A program made the translations under genes and the position numbers. DNA of 61,637 nucleotides, the filler included, from Rhabdomonas costata (Eukaryota): NCBI GenBank assembly GCA_019059605.1. It is 23 parts of 23 records of this genome, joined end to end, with 100 filler letters (N's around TTAATTAATTAA, not from the genome) between each part and the next. Parts side by side here need not be neighbours in the genome. Positions count along the whole stretch, not along the records: positions 34,917 to 37,499 come from JAHMHO010002749.1; positions 37,600 to 40,182 come from JAHMHO010002750.1; positions 40,283 to 42,864 come from JAHMHO010002751.1; positions 42,965 to 45,546 come from JAHMHO010002752.1; positions 45,647 to 48,231 come from JAHMHO010002753.1; 18 more parts are not named here. The stretch is one strand, 5' to 3'. A model generated the notes under the pieces. That model was given only the letters and a program-made list of their open reading frames with translations, made no database searches and was not told the DNA's origin. Of the stretch, positions 35,716-48,086 are shown one piece after another (position 1 is the stretch's first letter; every line of letters starts with the position of its first letter).

Positions 35716-37113
35716 TCAACTCCCCTGGGACCCTCGCTTGCGGTTCCGAGCTCGAGCTCGCAGATCTGCTATGTAAATACTCAACACAGCGTCCAGCTCA
35801 TCCTCAACCTTGTTCCCAAACGCCTCTAATGACGTCAGGTTGGGGAAGAAAGAGGAAGCCATGAACGCTTGCATTCCCGCATCCCCAATCAAGTTGCGAG
35901 ATACATCCAACGACGCCAGCATGGGGAAGAAAGAAGATGCTGCAAGGGCTTGCATTCCCGCATCCCCGATCCTGTTGGAGTTCACATTCAAGTACGTGAG
36001 CTTAGGAAAGAAGGGCGAACTCGCAAGCGCTTGCATTCCGGCATCCTCGAACCAGTTTGCTATCAAATGCAACGAGGTGAGGTTGGGCAAGAAGGTTGAT
36101 GCCGCGAGCGCCTGCATTCCCGCCTGTCGGAGCTCGTTGCTGAACAAATCCAGGGATGCGAGGTTGGGGAAGAAAGGCGAATCCGCAAGCGCTTGCATCC
36201 CATCAGCCTCGATCCGGTTGAAAACCAAACCCAGGGACGTGAGGTTGGGGAAGAAAGAGCTGGCAGCAAGAGCTTGCATTCCCGCAGCCAGGATCCCGTT
36301 CCCCCCCACGTCCAAGGACGTGAGGTTAGGAAAGAAAGGGGAAGCTGCGAACGCCAGTATTCCTGCGTCCCCGATCGAGTTCTGAGCAATATGCAGGGAC
36401 TTCAGATTCGTAAAGTAAGAAGACGCCGCAAACGCTTGGATTCCTTCGGCGGAGATCCGGCTGCGAGTCACATCCAAGGAGGTTAAATTGGGAAAGGACG
36501 TTGTAGATGCAAGCGCTTCCATTCCCGAGTCCTCGATTTCATTATTGGACACATCCAAGAACCTGAGACTAGGGAAGAATGGGGAAGCTGCCAAGGCTTC
36601 CATGCCTTTGGCCCAGATCTGGTTGAAGCTCACATCCAAGTACGTGAGGTTGGGGAAGCAAGATGAAGCCGCAAGCATTTGTGCACCTCCCACCACGAGG
36701 ATATTGCGGGACAGGACCAACAACTTCAGGTTGGGGAAGGCAGAGGTCGCGAGGGCTTGCAGTCCCGCAAGCCCATTGTGATTCTCGCTAACATCTAAGA
36801 AGGTGAGATTCGGGAAAAGAGGTGTAGTCATGTCCACCGCTGCAGTCTTCAACAAAAGCGTCATAAGCTGCTTTCCTTTAATGGAGATTTCGGCAGCGGA
36901 GCAGCCCAGCCACATGCTCCCTCGAGCGTTGACCAACTCGAAGGGGCGAAGAGTCTCTGGAAGGCGGAGCACAACTTTCCACTTTGGGACAAAGATCTCA
37001 TCCACCAGAGACCGAAACTGCTGACAAACCAGCCGAAGGAAAAGCTGAGGATTCAGCTCCAGGAAATTGAAACAGCATTCTAGTGTGTCGACAGGAAGTG
37101 CGGAAATTGACAT
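35716..37113 (-). CDS. Intronless F-box + leucine-rich-repeat protein (13 repeats of about 27 aa)
   Basis: The N-terminus ISALPVDTLECCFNFL...LFLRLVCQQFRSLV is an F-box pattern. The repeats read FPNLTSLDVxxNxIGDAGMQALAASxF. This is the only long ORF in the window; ATG at 37113. Confidence 0.88.
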   Translation of the reverse strand: MSISALPVDTLECCFNFLELNPQLFLRLVCQQFRSLVDEIFVPKWKVVLRLPETLRPFELVNARGSMWLGCSAAEISIKGKQLMTLLLKTAAVDMTTPLFPNLTFLDVSENHNGLAGLQALATSAFPNLKLLVLSRNILVVGGAQMLAASSCFPNLTYLDVSFNQIWAKGMEALAASPFFPSLRFLDVSNNEIEDSGMEALASTTSFPNLTSLDVTRSRISAEGIQAFAASSYFTNLKSLHIAQNSIGDAGILAFAASPFFPNLTSLDVGGNGILAAGMQALAASSFFPNLTSLGLVFNRIEADGMQALADSPFFPNLASLDLFSNELRQAGMQALAASTFLPNLTSLHLIANWFEDAGMQALASSPFFPKLTYLNVNSNRIGDAGMQALAASSFFPMLASLDVSRNLIGDAGMQAFMASSFFPNLTSLEAFGNKVEDELDAVLSIYIADLRARARNRKRGSQGS

Positions 37114-38044
37114 TGCACCACAGAAGCAAAGAAGCGAAATTCTGACGAGTTCAAAAAAGCCCAACTGTCAACTGCAAGATAAGTAATCTCCTGTGGAAAG
37201 CTCTCAGGCCTCTAGTAGTTTGCTCTTTGAAGGGGGTTAAACGTTCAGCCCCAATAAACGGTCAAAATTATCTTAACCCCCTTCATACTAAATTATGTTT
37301 GTCTGTTTGGGCATAAAACAGTGTGCGCAACCGCGTGTTGCTAGATGCTTTTTGAGGTGGTTAACACAGTTCACCAAACCCCCGAGTATTAAATCCCCCC
37401 CCTCACAAAAACAGCCGGCAACAACAATTCCACATATCCGCAAAAGCCCAAAACCTTCGGCAGTACTAAACGTCTATCGCCCCCCCCCACCCCAACACCN
37501 NNNNNNNNNNNNNNNNNNNNNNNNNNNNNNNNNNNNNNNNNNNTTAATTAATTAANNNNNNNNNNNNNNNNNNNNNNNNNNNNNNNNNNNNNNNNNNNNG
37601 GTTTTGTTTTCTTTCTGTCTCTCCGTGGTGACGATGGTACGTAGAATAATATAGACTTGGTTTTGCCGGTTCTGATCTCTTCGACGCATTGATGGGGATT
37701 CGACCATCTCATTGGGCCCACTTTGATCTTGCTTTGACCTTTTCATCGCCTTATAGCCCTGTATGTTGTGGTTTCTTCTTCTCCTCTGTGGTTTTTTCTC
37801 TTATCGCTGTTCTGGGTTCCTTCCAATTTCACTGTGGCGGTTGCTCTTTCGTCTCACCCGAAGCAAAGAGCAAAAGGGGACGTCTTCAGTAGAAACAAAA
37901 CCTGCACATGAGCAACAGTGTAGAAAAGTGCTACGTGCGGCCGGTTTCCGCGGTTTCCCCGATCCACACAGAAGAATTGTGCAAGATGCAGAGGTCACCC
38001 CAGTGAGAGACCGGACCGGAAATGAAACGTGGACAATACACAAA

Positions 38045-38178
38045 CCCTCGAACTCGAGCCAGAGTGACAGAGCGGTGAGTTGGGGCTCACTTGGTGGGAT
38101 GGTTGTTCTCCTGAGATGAGTTGGGTGGCCGATTCTTGGTCTCGGACTGTATCTCCGAGTTCTAGGCCTTTTTGAGGC
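38045..38178 (+). repeat. Dispersed repeat family C, copy
   Basis: Aligns by eye to 31170-31305. Confidence 0.8.
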
Positions 38179-39947
38179 GGTGTCTTTTCGGAACTTTTAG
38201 GGGCTCTTTTCACATACTGAGCGCTTCTTAACACCCCCAAGGAAAAATCTCCATTGTAATTTGTACATTGCACATTGTACATTGTATTACTAGCCCCGAA
38301 TGCGGCCGAGGTGGAACTTCGAGCAAGAGAAATACTTGCTGATCTGCACTTGCGCAATGAAAACAGTTCTGAGATGGGGTTGTTTTGTCCTCGATGTAAG
38401 TGCAGTCGCTACGACATGAGCATCTCTCTAAGCCAAGGACTACACTACAAGGCCGCAGTGACCTACCAGCGGCGAGTCTATGAGACGCAGAAAACGACGT
38501 ATGCACTCTGGCGAGCACCCCCTTACCATTTTTGTCTGTGTGTGTTGTGTGACATGGCACAGAACGAGGAGGCATGTAGAGGGGGCTGAGAAGTGGAGAA
38601 TGTAATTTTTGCGGTTAAGGAATGGAATGGAAGTACCCTTACGAGTTGCATGAGTTGGAAGCGGAATTCTTCCGTGTCTTCCTTGAGGAAGAGTAGAAAT
38701 GACTACATCGAAGTATGAGTGTTCCAGTGCGTGTACCCCCGGTATTTCAGTGTTCGAAGTGATCTTTGCTATTTAGGCAGCCAATCGCTTTGTCAGCAAG
38801 GGATCATCGCTGTTGAGGTGGCGCTGGGATTTCAACCCATTTAATCTTTGACGTGCGTATCCAAATCAACTTGACGTTCTTCTTTAAATTCTGAGGTGTT
38901 ATGTCAGTCTGCAACTTGAGCCTTTTGCTTACTGGCACCTGAGGAGCCAGTCGCTGTTAAAAACTGCTGATTTGTGAGCTTCCAGCTTGCTACAATGCAG
39001 TAACCAGGTAGACCTGACACGGCACGTGCGGTGCGCCGTCGGCTCCAGTGTAATGTCGTTCTTAAGTCGAAGTGAACGAAGAAAAAAGGGAACCAGGTGG
39101 CGACGAAGGGCTAGCTTCACGCCTATTCGTTTTGTGATGAGAAAGGGGAAACATCACACAGGCGTAAAATCGTTGAGTGGCTGAGACCTAGTTGAACGAT
39201 GCCTCCTTTTCTCACCTGCTGCCTCAGATGTGGACCTACCGCTCCCACAACCTTGGAGGCTGAAAAGTGGCTGTCCACGCTGCTGAAGCTGGCGGTGGAG
39301 GTGAGCATTTTCTCCTTCCTCCTTGCTCATCCGTATACCCAATCAGACTGAAACTGAAGCTGAATTCCAAAGAGCTGCTATTTTTGACCGGTTTCGGTTT
39401 TGATATTTAGCCCTTAGCGGTTCCATATGATGTGTTGTGTGAATAAAGATGCCCATAGCGAGTGTTGCCCTTGTCGCGGCTCCGTGCACGCGTGTGCTGC
39501 ATGGATATTAGCATCACACAGTCGTTTTACATGCACCGATTTGCCTGAATTCGGAAGGATTGTTAGTTGTTGGTCTCCAGTGTGCTCTTCCGTGCGGTAT
39601 AGCCCCATACTCTCCATTGTCTTATGGGCTCAGGCGCAGAAGCACCATTCTGGTCTGCCTGCTGCTATCGCCCCACGCCCAGCGGCGGCGAAACTACTGT
39701 GGCCAAACCTCAGGGCCATTGTTTAAAAGAAGAATGCGAAGGGAAGAAAGAGGAGGACGGGGGGCGGGGGCGGGTTTCGCATTACTTTCTACGGGTTCAG
39801 CTGATGTTCGCCCGTGGCGTTGAACAGAGCAATGCGGGTCCTTTGGTGCACGCAAGCGCCACGGATGGACTGAAACTAGCAGCCAGTCTTTTTGCGGTAC
39901 TAACAGCTATTACCTTGGTGACGATACAGTGTGGTTCGGTATACTCT

Positions 39948-40036
39948 GGGTTACACTTTAAGATTTCGGCTTTGATGTTTCACAAGTGAGGAGGGGTACT
40001 GTGTTACATCAAAGCCGAAATCTTAAAGTGTAACCC
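39948..40036. repeat. Inverted repeat with a perfect 31-bp core and 27-nt loop; imperfect pairing extends outward
   Basis: gggttacactttaagatttcggctttgatgt (39948-39978) and acatcaaagccgaaatcttaaagtgtaaccc (40006-40036). Confidence 0.93.
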
Positions 40037-43000
40037 GGCATACCACCGAGCACACCACTAAGGCATCACCCCAAAACCGCGAACCCCGACACCAGAAGGC
40101 CAGAAACCATGACGACAGGCACCGCTACCTGAAGTCCAAGACCGAACCCCAACCCCGAAAGGGGAAAAGATAAACCCAAACCNNNNNNNNNNNNNNNNNN
40201 NNNNNNNNNNNNNNNNNNNNNNNNNNTTAATTAATTAANNNNNNNNNNNNNNNNNNNNNNNNNNNNNNNNNNNNNNNNNNNNGGTTGTTGCCACCCCCCA
40301 TTATTGAATTCCTTGCACCATAGCAGTTGTGTGATCCGCGGGAATGGCGCAGGTACGAGCAACTGTATCCCTGGACACATTGAGGGGTGATGTGCCACGA
40401 TCTGTGGATCTTTACAATGCCGCGTTCTTGGAGAACTCGTGGCAGTGCCACGTGAGTGTCGCTTCCTCATATGACGACGCGCTTTTCGCTCCTCGCATTC
40501 AGGAAACTTACTTGGCAGCAGGAGGCGGTGGACCCTGAGTTGGCGGTTACCTGCAGGTTTACCAGCCGCAGCGCTTGAGTTGTGACACAGAGGCGCCTGA
40601 TCACGTCTGTGAAGCTGCCTGCGATCTACGCGTTGGGTTGCAGCAAGGCCCAACATCAAGGAAAAAAACGCGGAACACCTGGGACACAGCATTCCTCAGG
40701 AGCGCAGGCCAAGCTACTGCAGTACGTGGAGGAGGGATTGCGGTGGGGCAAGTAGTTCTTCGGGCAGGAGGTCATCGAGGCGCACGTTGGAACTGAGGCC
40801 CCACGAAAGAAAAACAGGCTAAAAACGGGCAAACCTTAGGTAAAAGATCTATTGAAGTGGGGTGAAATGGATCAGGTAAAACGAAATGTCACTCCCTATT
40901 TGTGCCGCTTTTCCCAAGGACTGTTCTGAATCAATGGCCCCCGCCTGAGTTGCTGCTGCCCGCTCAGGCCGCGCGACATACGACGGGGCCTTGTTTCACA
41001 TCTGTCCCACCCCTCCACGATTGCCCGAAAGCAGCTTGCTTTCAACCAGCAAATATCATCAGCCAGCCTCACTCGAGATACGTCAAGATAACCCATAGAT
41101 ACCCTGCTAACCCGTTGAGCAAAGGGAAACCGTGTCGCAATCCGGAAACCATAAAGCACAACCACCCTAAATTACTCACCACCAAACCGGCCGAGGGTCT
41201 TATCACACCGTCCGGAGGACTGGATTCCCATTCAAGACCCCGAGCCGCCTCCACATCAGAAAGCCATCGCGCGCACGGACAGCCGCCCTCTTTCCTACAA
41301 ATATACCAAGTTCGCAGCACTCCTTGGGCATACACACGTTGCCCGCACAGTACGTGGCGGCAGGGTTATCCACGGGTCTGCTGCCAAAAGGGCACCATGT
41401 ATCAGGCCTCGTGTCACAGGTCGGTGCTGAGAGAGTGAATGGCCGTAAATAGTCTTCTCCAATCTCCACAGGACGAGGGCCGCCAACCTTTCCCAGATAA
41501 CTTCATCATCAGCCCAGCACTAACGAAGAAATTTCGGGCTTTTGCAGCAGAGCTCGCCCCAGAAAAAGCACGGCTGCAATCACAAAGTGAGTGCTCAGAG
41601 ATTAAAAGAAGCACGCTGGCAACACAAACTCACGGAGTGACAGCCCTCAACCAGCAATCCTATCAAAAGCATCATAGAAGGCCAAGTATATCAGATTCGC
41701 TTTCCATCCAGCAGTTCACCAGAATGCAAGCAATTTTGCTCTCACTCCATCCCCCCCCTTCTCTTTTCCTTCCTTCCCTGCTTCCCAATGCCCTCTGCTC
41801 ACGCATCAAACGCACCAGCGACGCAGCACTCCTCCGCCGTACACCCGCTGCCTCGGCAGAGCTTCAGGGCAGGGCTCGGGAGGAGAACGGTGCGCTCGGG
41901 ACAGGACCTCATTGTGACGCAGCTCCGCGCTGTGAGTCGGGATCAAAAATTCTGGTCATTGAAGGGCACTGTCCAATTTCGCTTTCCCCAACGAAGACAA
42001 TGTATTAGGGTAATCGGCACAATTACTTGGAATAACACCCGACACCCGACAGAAGAAGGAGGGAAATCTAGCCCCAAGGAGGTGCTGGCAAATGGCAAAA
42101 AGGTAACACGGCGGACGAGAACAGTGGATGCCTGCCAGCGTGACCGACCTGAGTGCTGTTCGGGGGTGCAGTACCTGGCCTTCGTGTCCGATCGTCTGCC
42201 TTTGCCCCATGCACGAAAACAGAGAAGAGCACGGCGAACGGCAAGTCCTGCACAAGGTAGATCACCGCGGCGAAGAACACCAGAAGAATACCCATGTTTT
42301 TCTTCAAAGATGAGCGATCAGGGTGCGAGTGGAACTTCGCCATTCCTCGGGGTGACCGACAAGCTGTGGGGAGGGCAAATGCCAACCAACCCTGCCGCTG
42401 AAGAGGCAGCAAAAAAAAAGCGGGAAATCAAAATAAAAAGCACTGCGAACAACGAAGAAACCAAAACAACACCAACCAAGGATTAATGAAAGGCAAGCCG
42501 AAAGTGCCGAAACTGAAAATGGCATGTGCCCCGCCCCAACACAAAAGAGAGAGGAAGACGCGACTGATCGCGCGCCAAGCAGTCACACATCAATTTCACA
42601 CCACCCAAATAACAACACATCCGCAAGCGAAAAAAGAACTCGTTGCTGTACCCAGGGCTGCTTCTTTCATCGCAAAAGGATGTGAGACAAAATACACCCC
42701 TACACGGGTAAGGCCCAACGCCTCTCATATTTCAAAACATTTTACGTAGCGGCAAAATGCATGATGACAACGAGCGAGAACTACACACACACACTTGGTG
42801 CACTGGGCAAGGATGTTTTTTCTGGGGAGGACTCGAGGTCCACTTCCCCCCTGGGGCTCCCACCNNNNNNNNNNNNNNNNNNNNNNNNNNNNNNNNNNNN
42901 NNNNNNNNTTAATTAATTAANNNNNNNNNNNNNNNNNNNNNNNNNNNNNNNNNNNNNNNNNNNNGGTTTTGTGGGAAGAGCGTGAGGGCATAGAGGCTAT

Positions 43001-43236
43001 GGGAAAGCACAGGTATATCCGCTCCCATTAAGAGCCGTTTTGGCTGTCCAAGGAAGACCGGATTGTGCTCAAAACCGGGTGCAGGAGCCCCAACCCCGCA
43101 TGGACCCTCAGCGGCCACACGATCGACACGGTGGAGACGAGCTCGGTCAACCGAATGGCGCGCACACGAGCAGAGTGCTCTTTAGAAACAGGATATCATG
43201 ATTAAGACCACTTCGAGAAGTTTGACCCAGGCCTAC

Positions 43237-45546
43237 CTGGGTCCTGCCCGCACTTGTAGTAGTACCACATGAACATGAATGTGGAGATGTCGAAGAAGGA
43301 GGACAACGGGCCGATGATCATCATGAAGCGGAGGATCCCCGTGGTCTTCCAGATTTTGGGCTTCATCAGGAAATCCTCGTCCATGTTGTCCCAGGGGATG
43401 GGCAGCTGGGAGATGTCGTACAGGAGGTTCAGCAAAATGATCTGCAGCGGATCCATCGGCAGAAAGGGCAGCCACAGCGCGGCGAACATCACACTGAGAG
43501 CGGGCGAAAAGAGTAACAACGGAGGTTTCACAGGGCTCACCAACACGGGGGCGCCGGGAACACCCGGGAACCCCTTTGTTAATAGTCCAAGAGAAATCGA
43601 GAAGCGGAGCACAGTAAGCAACTCGCCCAAACAGTCCTTCACCTGAGAAATTATCTTTCCAAGGCCAACACCATAATCGGAGACTTTGATTGCGCCACAG
43701 GTCGGCGAACAGCAGGGGACACTGGAAGGGTAACTGAGATTCTTCAGAAAATAAGCGATGCTCCAACTGAGCCTGAAGCAACGTGCTTCGGCTGTATCTG
43801 AAAAGGAACCGTGACAAACATTGCCCTGTTCCTCCCCTTGCAAAAGGTTCACACAGACGCACAAGGAGGAGTCGAGAGCCAGGAAGCGGACACCAATACC
43901 AGAGAAAAAGGGAGGGAGAGAGGATGCACAGAACTCAAAATACTCAACAGTGAGCAGCAAATATAAAGAAATATAAAAACAGCTAACGACCTGAACATGT
44001 TTCCAAAGTTCGAGGAAACGGCCATCTTGATGTACTTGCTGGTGTTGCCGTAGGTCAGCCTGCCCTGGTACACCCCCTGCTCCAGCACCATCAGGTCCTT
44101 CTCCAGGAGGATGACATCCGCGCTCTCCCTGGCGATGTCCGTCGCGGAGTCCTTTTTTGGAGGTGTGTGGTGTGGTGAAGAGGGGCGTGTTGTGAGTAGC
44201 TGAGGAAACAGCCCAGACGCAGCAGGAATGATAGTGAGCAAGCAATCAAGTGAGAGAGACGCATCATTGGGTGCAGAACGTCCTCATCTTATCATGGCAG
44301 CGCACACAGGAAAGTGGGGTGACTTCAACAGATCACAACCAATGTATATATGGTCGGCAAAGTCTGATTGTACAGGTGGAGAGGGCCCTCTTCCGGGGGG
44401 CTTTAAGCATAACAGAGCCATTCCAATCCACACACGCGTGGTTTGGTCACTTCTACCTTCTTACCACTAGACTGTGTTCTAAGTTGGATATTAATCAATT
44501 CTGTTTAATCCGTTCACGTTATCGGCTCCGTCCCAGAAAGAGCAGTAACTTAAGACGTCTTCATAGAAATCGCCATCACAAAACCCAATAAGAAGCACAC
44601 CACAGACACGCCCACGTCGCTCTCCCGAAGCGCAGGGGCGTCGTTGATGCCATCCCCCAGGAATCCCACAATGTGGCCCGCTCCCCGCAGCACGTTCACC
44701 ACACGCGCCTTCTGCAGCGGCGTCAGCTTGGCGAAGATCGTCGTGGCCTCCGCCGCCACACGCAGCTCCTCATCCGTCATGGCCTCCACTTCGGTCGAGG
44801 TCAGCGTGCCCGTGACCTCGAAGTCCATCGTCTGGCACACCTTCTGGCACACCCGCAAAGAGTCCCCGGTCAGCACCTTCACTGCAACCCCACGGCGCTG
44901 CAGCTCCTTGATGGCCGGGGCGGCGGTATCCTTCGGGGGGTCCAGGAAGGCCAGGAAACCCGCCAGCACCAGCTCCTGCTCCCGTACGCTGTGTACGGGG
45001 AATCGATGGAGTACATGTTTGGTGAGTGAGATTGGCACGAGGCAGTGAGGAGGAGGAGAATGTTTTTGGGGAAGAAGGAGGCGATGGAGTTGTCGCGATA
45101 TCCGCTGTGGTTGGCCGCGATGGGAAGGGGAACCCTCGATCCGCACACCCACCATTACCAAAAGTGCATCTCCGATAGGAGAGGAGGCGCAAGTTACCGG
45201 AGAAGCGTTGCAAAAAGAAGGAGGACACAGCAAGGGCAAAATAAAGATCACTAACAAGCAAAGGAGGAGGAGAGGAGAGTTGTGTGGAGAACGAGTTCTT
45301 GTGCCCAACCCATAGACACGGCAGGTAACACCTCAAATAGAAAATCTTGCGGCCCAAACCCACTGCAAAAGATGTGCCCACCTGTCGTTGGGGCCCAGAA
45401 CGCGGTACGCCACCGCTACCGCCCGCAGCCCGTCCGCGTTCAGGTTCTCGCTCCTCTGGCGGGCCTGGGCCTTGGTCTCCTCAGTCAGCCCAACGGTCAT
45501 GTCCGCGCCAGACCCCAGGAAGGCATCCGCCGAGTCCTCGTCCCCA
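43237..45546 (-). CDS. mgtA: Mg2+-translocating P-type ATPase (P3B, MgtA/MgtB-like), four internal exons
   Basis: Exons at 45546-45382, 44988-44601, 44151-43991 and 43493-43237 with GT-AG introns. Motifs: [88 protein letters not shown]. Confidence 0.9.
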
Positions 45547-45843
45547 NNNNNNNNNNNNNNNNNNNNNNNNNNNNNNNNNNNNNNNNNNNNTTAATTAATT
45601 AANNNNNNNNNNNNNNNNNNNNNNNNNNNNNNNNNNNNNNNNNNNNGGGTGTGCCAATGCTGTTTTTCGATTGGGTTGCACCCTGTAACTAATCCAGGAG
45701 GAGCAAGCGATCATCTCAAATTTCTTCTTTCTTCTTTTCAAATGTGCAGAGTATTGGCGCTTTATGTTGCACTGAGTCATGCAATTGTGCTGTTTGCAGT
45801 GAACGGTTGCTATCCGTTGTACTCTCTCTGCTTCGGGTGGTAG

Positions 45844-46745
45844 GTATTTTCCTCCCTGAACCTTGGCCTCTCCTCCGGCGTTGAGCTGGTCGACGCCCTG
45901 ACGGGAACCTCCCTTATGATGCTGCAGGGCGCGCAGGTGGGCGCGATGACCTTCGCCGCGGTCAACAATGGCAGTACGGGGTTGGGCAGCATCTACAAGG
46001 TGGACACCCAGACCTCCGAGGTGGTGTACCCGAGCAGCCGGTGCTACCTCGGCGACGCTTTCTTCTGTAACTACCCTGCGGAGGATGCGCGCGTGGGGCC
46101 GGATTTTCAGCTGGCCGCTTCCCTACCTGCAGGAGAATCTGCCTGGGGCCCGGTGAAGTTTACCTATATGTCCTTGTACATCAGCCTGGTTTCTCCCGTC
46201 CGAGAGAAGGTAAGCCTCCTAAAACTGCACAACCTTGTAATGGCAAGCTTGAATTCCAATCGACATGAGGGAGATACTGAGGCGTCTTTGGAGGTTTATG
46301 AGCTGATTGTAGAATATCGCAAAGGAGCTTTTCATGTTATGATGGTTACAGCCCCCAAAAGTTAAACTCCTCTAGCCCGAAGTGAGCAGGCAGGCACCGG
46401 CCCGCATGGGGACACGGAGATGGGATGGTCGAGCGGCTCCGCGAAAGGCGAGGTGGGTCCCCCCCAAAGGACGGCTCTCAGCTGTGTTCCGATGCTTTTG
46501 TGCAAGGCGACTGATCTTCGCTGCCAACACTCCTCCTGCAGCGGGCGTGGGCGGGCCAAGTCTTCCTTCCCGTTTTCCAATTTCAGGAGGCTCCGCACCG
46601 CCTGCTGGGGATCGTGCAGCGAGATCTTCTTCTGGTGAGTCTCCAGCAGGAGCTGGCTTCTACGGTGAACTCGACTGCTGGGCAAATGATGTACATCGTG
46701 GATCTCTTCGGCACAGTGGTGGGCAGCAGTCACGGGGACAGCGGG
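45844..46745 (+). CDS. Exons of a probable Cache-like extracellular sensor domain (receptor cyclase/kinase type)
   Basis: Exons at 45844-46152 and 46587-46745. LLGIVQRDLLLVSLQQEL...GQMMYIVDLFGTVVGSS resembles the dCache pattern GVxxxDxxLxxL...YIVDxxGxxxxSS. Confidence 0.45.
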
Positions 46746-47299
46746 GTGTGCGCCAGTTTTTTGTCCTCCTTTCGTATTCTTTTTTACCTTGCCCCAAGGC
46801 GGGGAGTAGATTGCGAGTTGAACTTAGCATCAAGGCAACAGCTTATGATCCCTGACTTCCCGACCATCCTTTGCTTGTGATCGCCACAAGATGGTGACGT
46901 GGGTAATTACTGAGTGACGAGGTGGTAGAGGACCGGACACAATCTTCCTTTTCGTTTTTCCGTGAGCTGTCAGGTGTGAGTGAGAACTGTGTCAGCATTT
47001 TGTCATGGTTGGGTTTGCTCAACAATGTACGGAGAGCACTGGTCAGACTCCTTCCTTCCTTATTCTGTTTAAGTTGCTTGGGTAGGGCTGTGCCTCCCAG
47101 AACGGCCCACGATTTTACCACCCCCAGCAGTGTATTTCGTGTGACAGATTCCTCAAAAGTTGAGCAAGTGCCCAACTCGGGCTTTGCGCGCTCGTCGGAT
47201 TTCTCGCTCACTCTTACCCCACCCATGATCGGGGTACCCGACCCAGCAATGTAGCAGCACGAGTAGCCGGTGGAAAAAGACTTTCGCGAGGTCACTGCA

Positions 47300-47445
47300 C
47301 GTTCACCGAATGTTCAGCGGTGAATCCGAAGATACCTCTCGCGAGCACCCGTGGCCACAAGCGCGTGCGCCCGTCAGTTCGCAACGGTAGCAACGGTCAC
47401 CAGCAGCCAGTCAGATAACGGCCAGTGCGCTGTGCGCCCAACCCA
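47300..47445 (-). repeat. Dispersed repeat family A, copy
   Basis: The reverse complement has ttgggcgca..gcgcactggc...ggtgacc...actgacgggcgcacgcgct..tggccacgggtgctcgcgagaggtatcttcgga. Confidence 0.85.
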
Positions 47446-47859
47446 AGGCGCCCGCACACACATAGCGCCTTGGCGTGGTTTGCTGTGGCGTGTCCTTGTG
47501 CTGCTGCACACAGAGAGCCAGTGCGCAGAAGTAAAAGCAGACCATCGAGATTCGCAAGAAATCAGAACCCTATGTTAGGGCCAACGGGAAGCCAAAGTAT
47601 TCGCAGACGCACCAGGGCAAAAATTCAGTGAGGCAACGTCGAGGAACCGGAGGCTCAGCGGAAGAGGGCAGAAATAGCCCGCAACGCAACGATAGAGCGA
47701 GGTGCTGGAACGGCGACGCCTGTAGATACCGTTCACCCAACCGAAAGAAAAGCTCCAAGGGTCGTTCCCGCGAGAAAGGGCCCCACCCCCCAAGGAAGGA
47801 GAGTGGAGTCGCAGAGACCTGAGCAGCAATGGAGCAATGCACGTAGCCGCTGGAAAAGA

Positions 47860-48086
47860 GCAGCTGCGCGACAATGGCCCGGGACCTGTGGGGCTGAAGG
47901 GAGGTTACCAGATGTGGAACGTTCGGCGGTGAGCCGGTTCCGGGTCCCCATGGCACCGTTCGCTCCAACGGCACCTCGCGAGGAGCTGTGGCCAACAGCA
48001 CGTGCGCCAGTCAGTCCACAGTGGTCACCAACAACCAAACAACCAGGCAACCAGGCAACAGCCAGCGCGCAATGCACCCAACACAC
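47860..48086 (-). repeat. Dispersed repeat family A, longest copy (about 225 bp)
   Basis: The reverse complement matches 11846-11987 at its 5' end and 11650-11745 at its 3' end. Confidence 0.9.

Noticed and set aside
35810-37024. Plus-strand repetitive ORFs (ACIPAS repeats) and the 81-nt periodicity as a DNA repeat-spacer array
   Set aside because: These are antisense shadows of the LRR coding repeats.
41300-41430. Cys-rich minus-strand peptide TCDTRPDTWCPFG...CAGNVCMPKECCE
   Set aside because: Plausibly an exon of a surface protein, but no consistent gene model or family could be supported.
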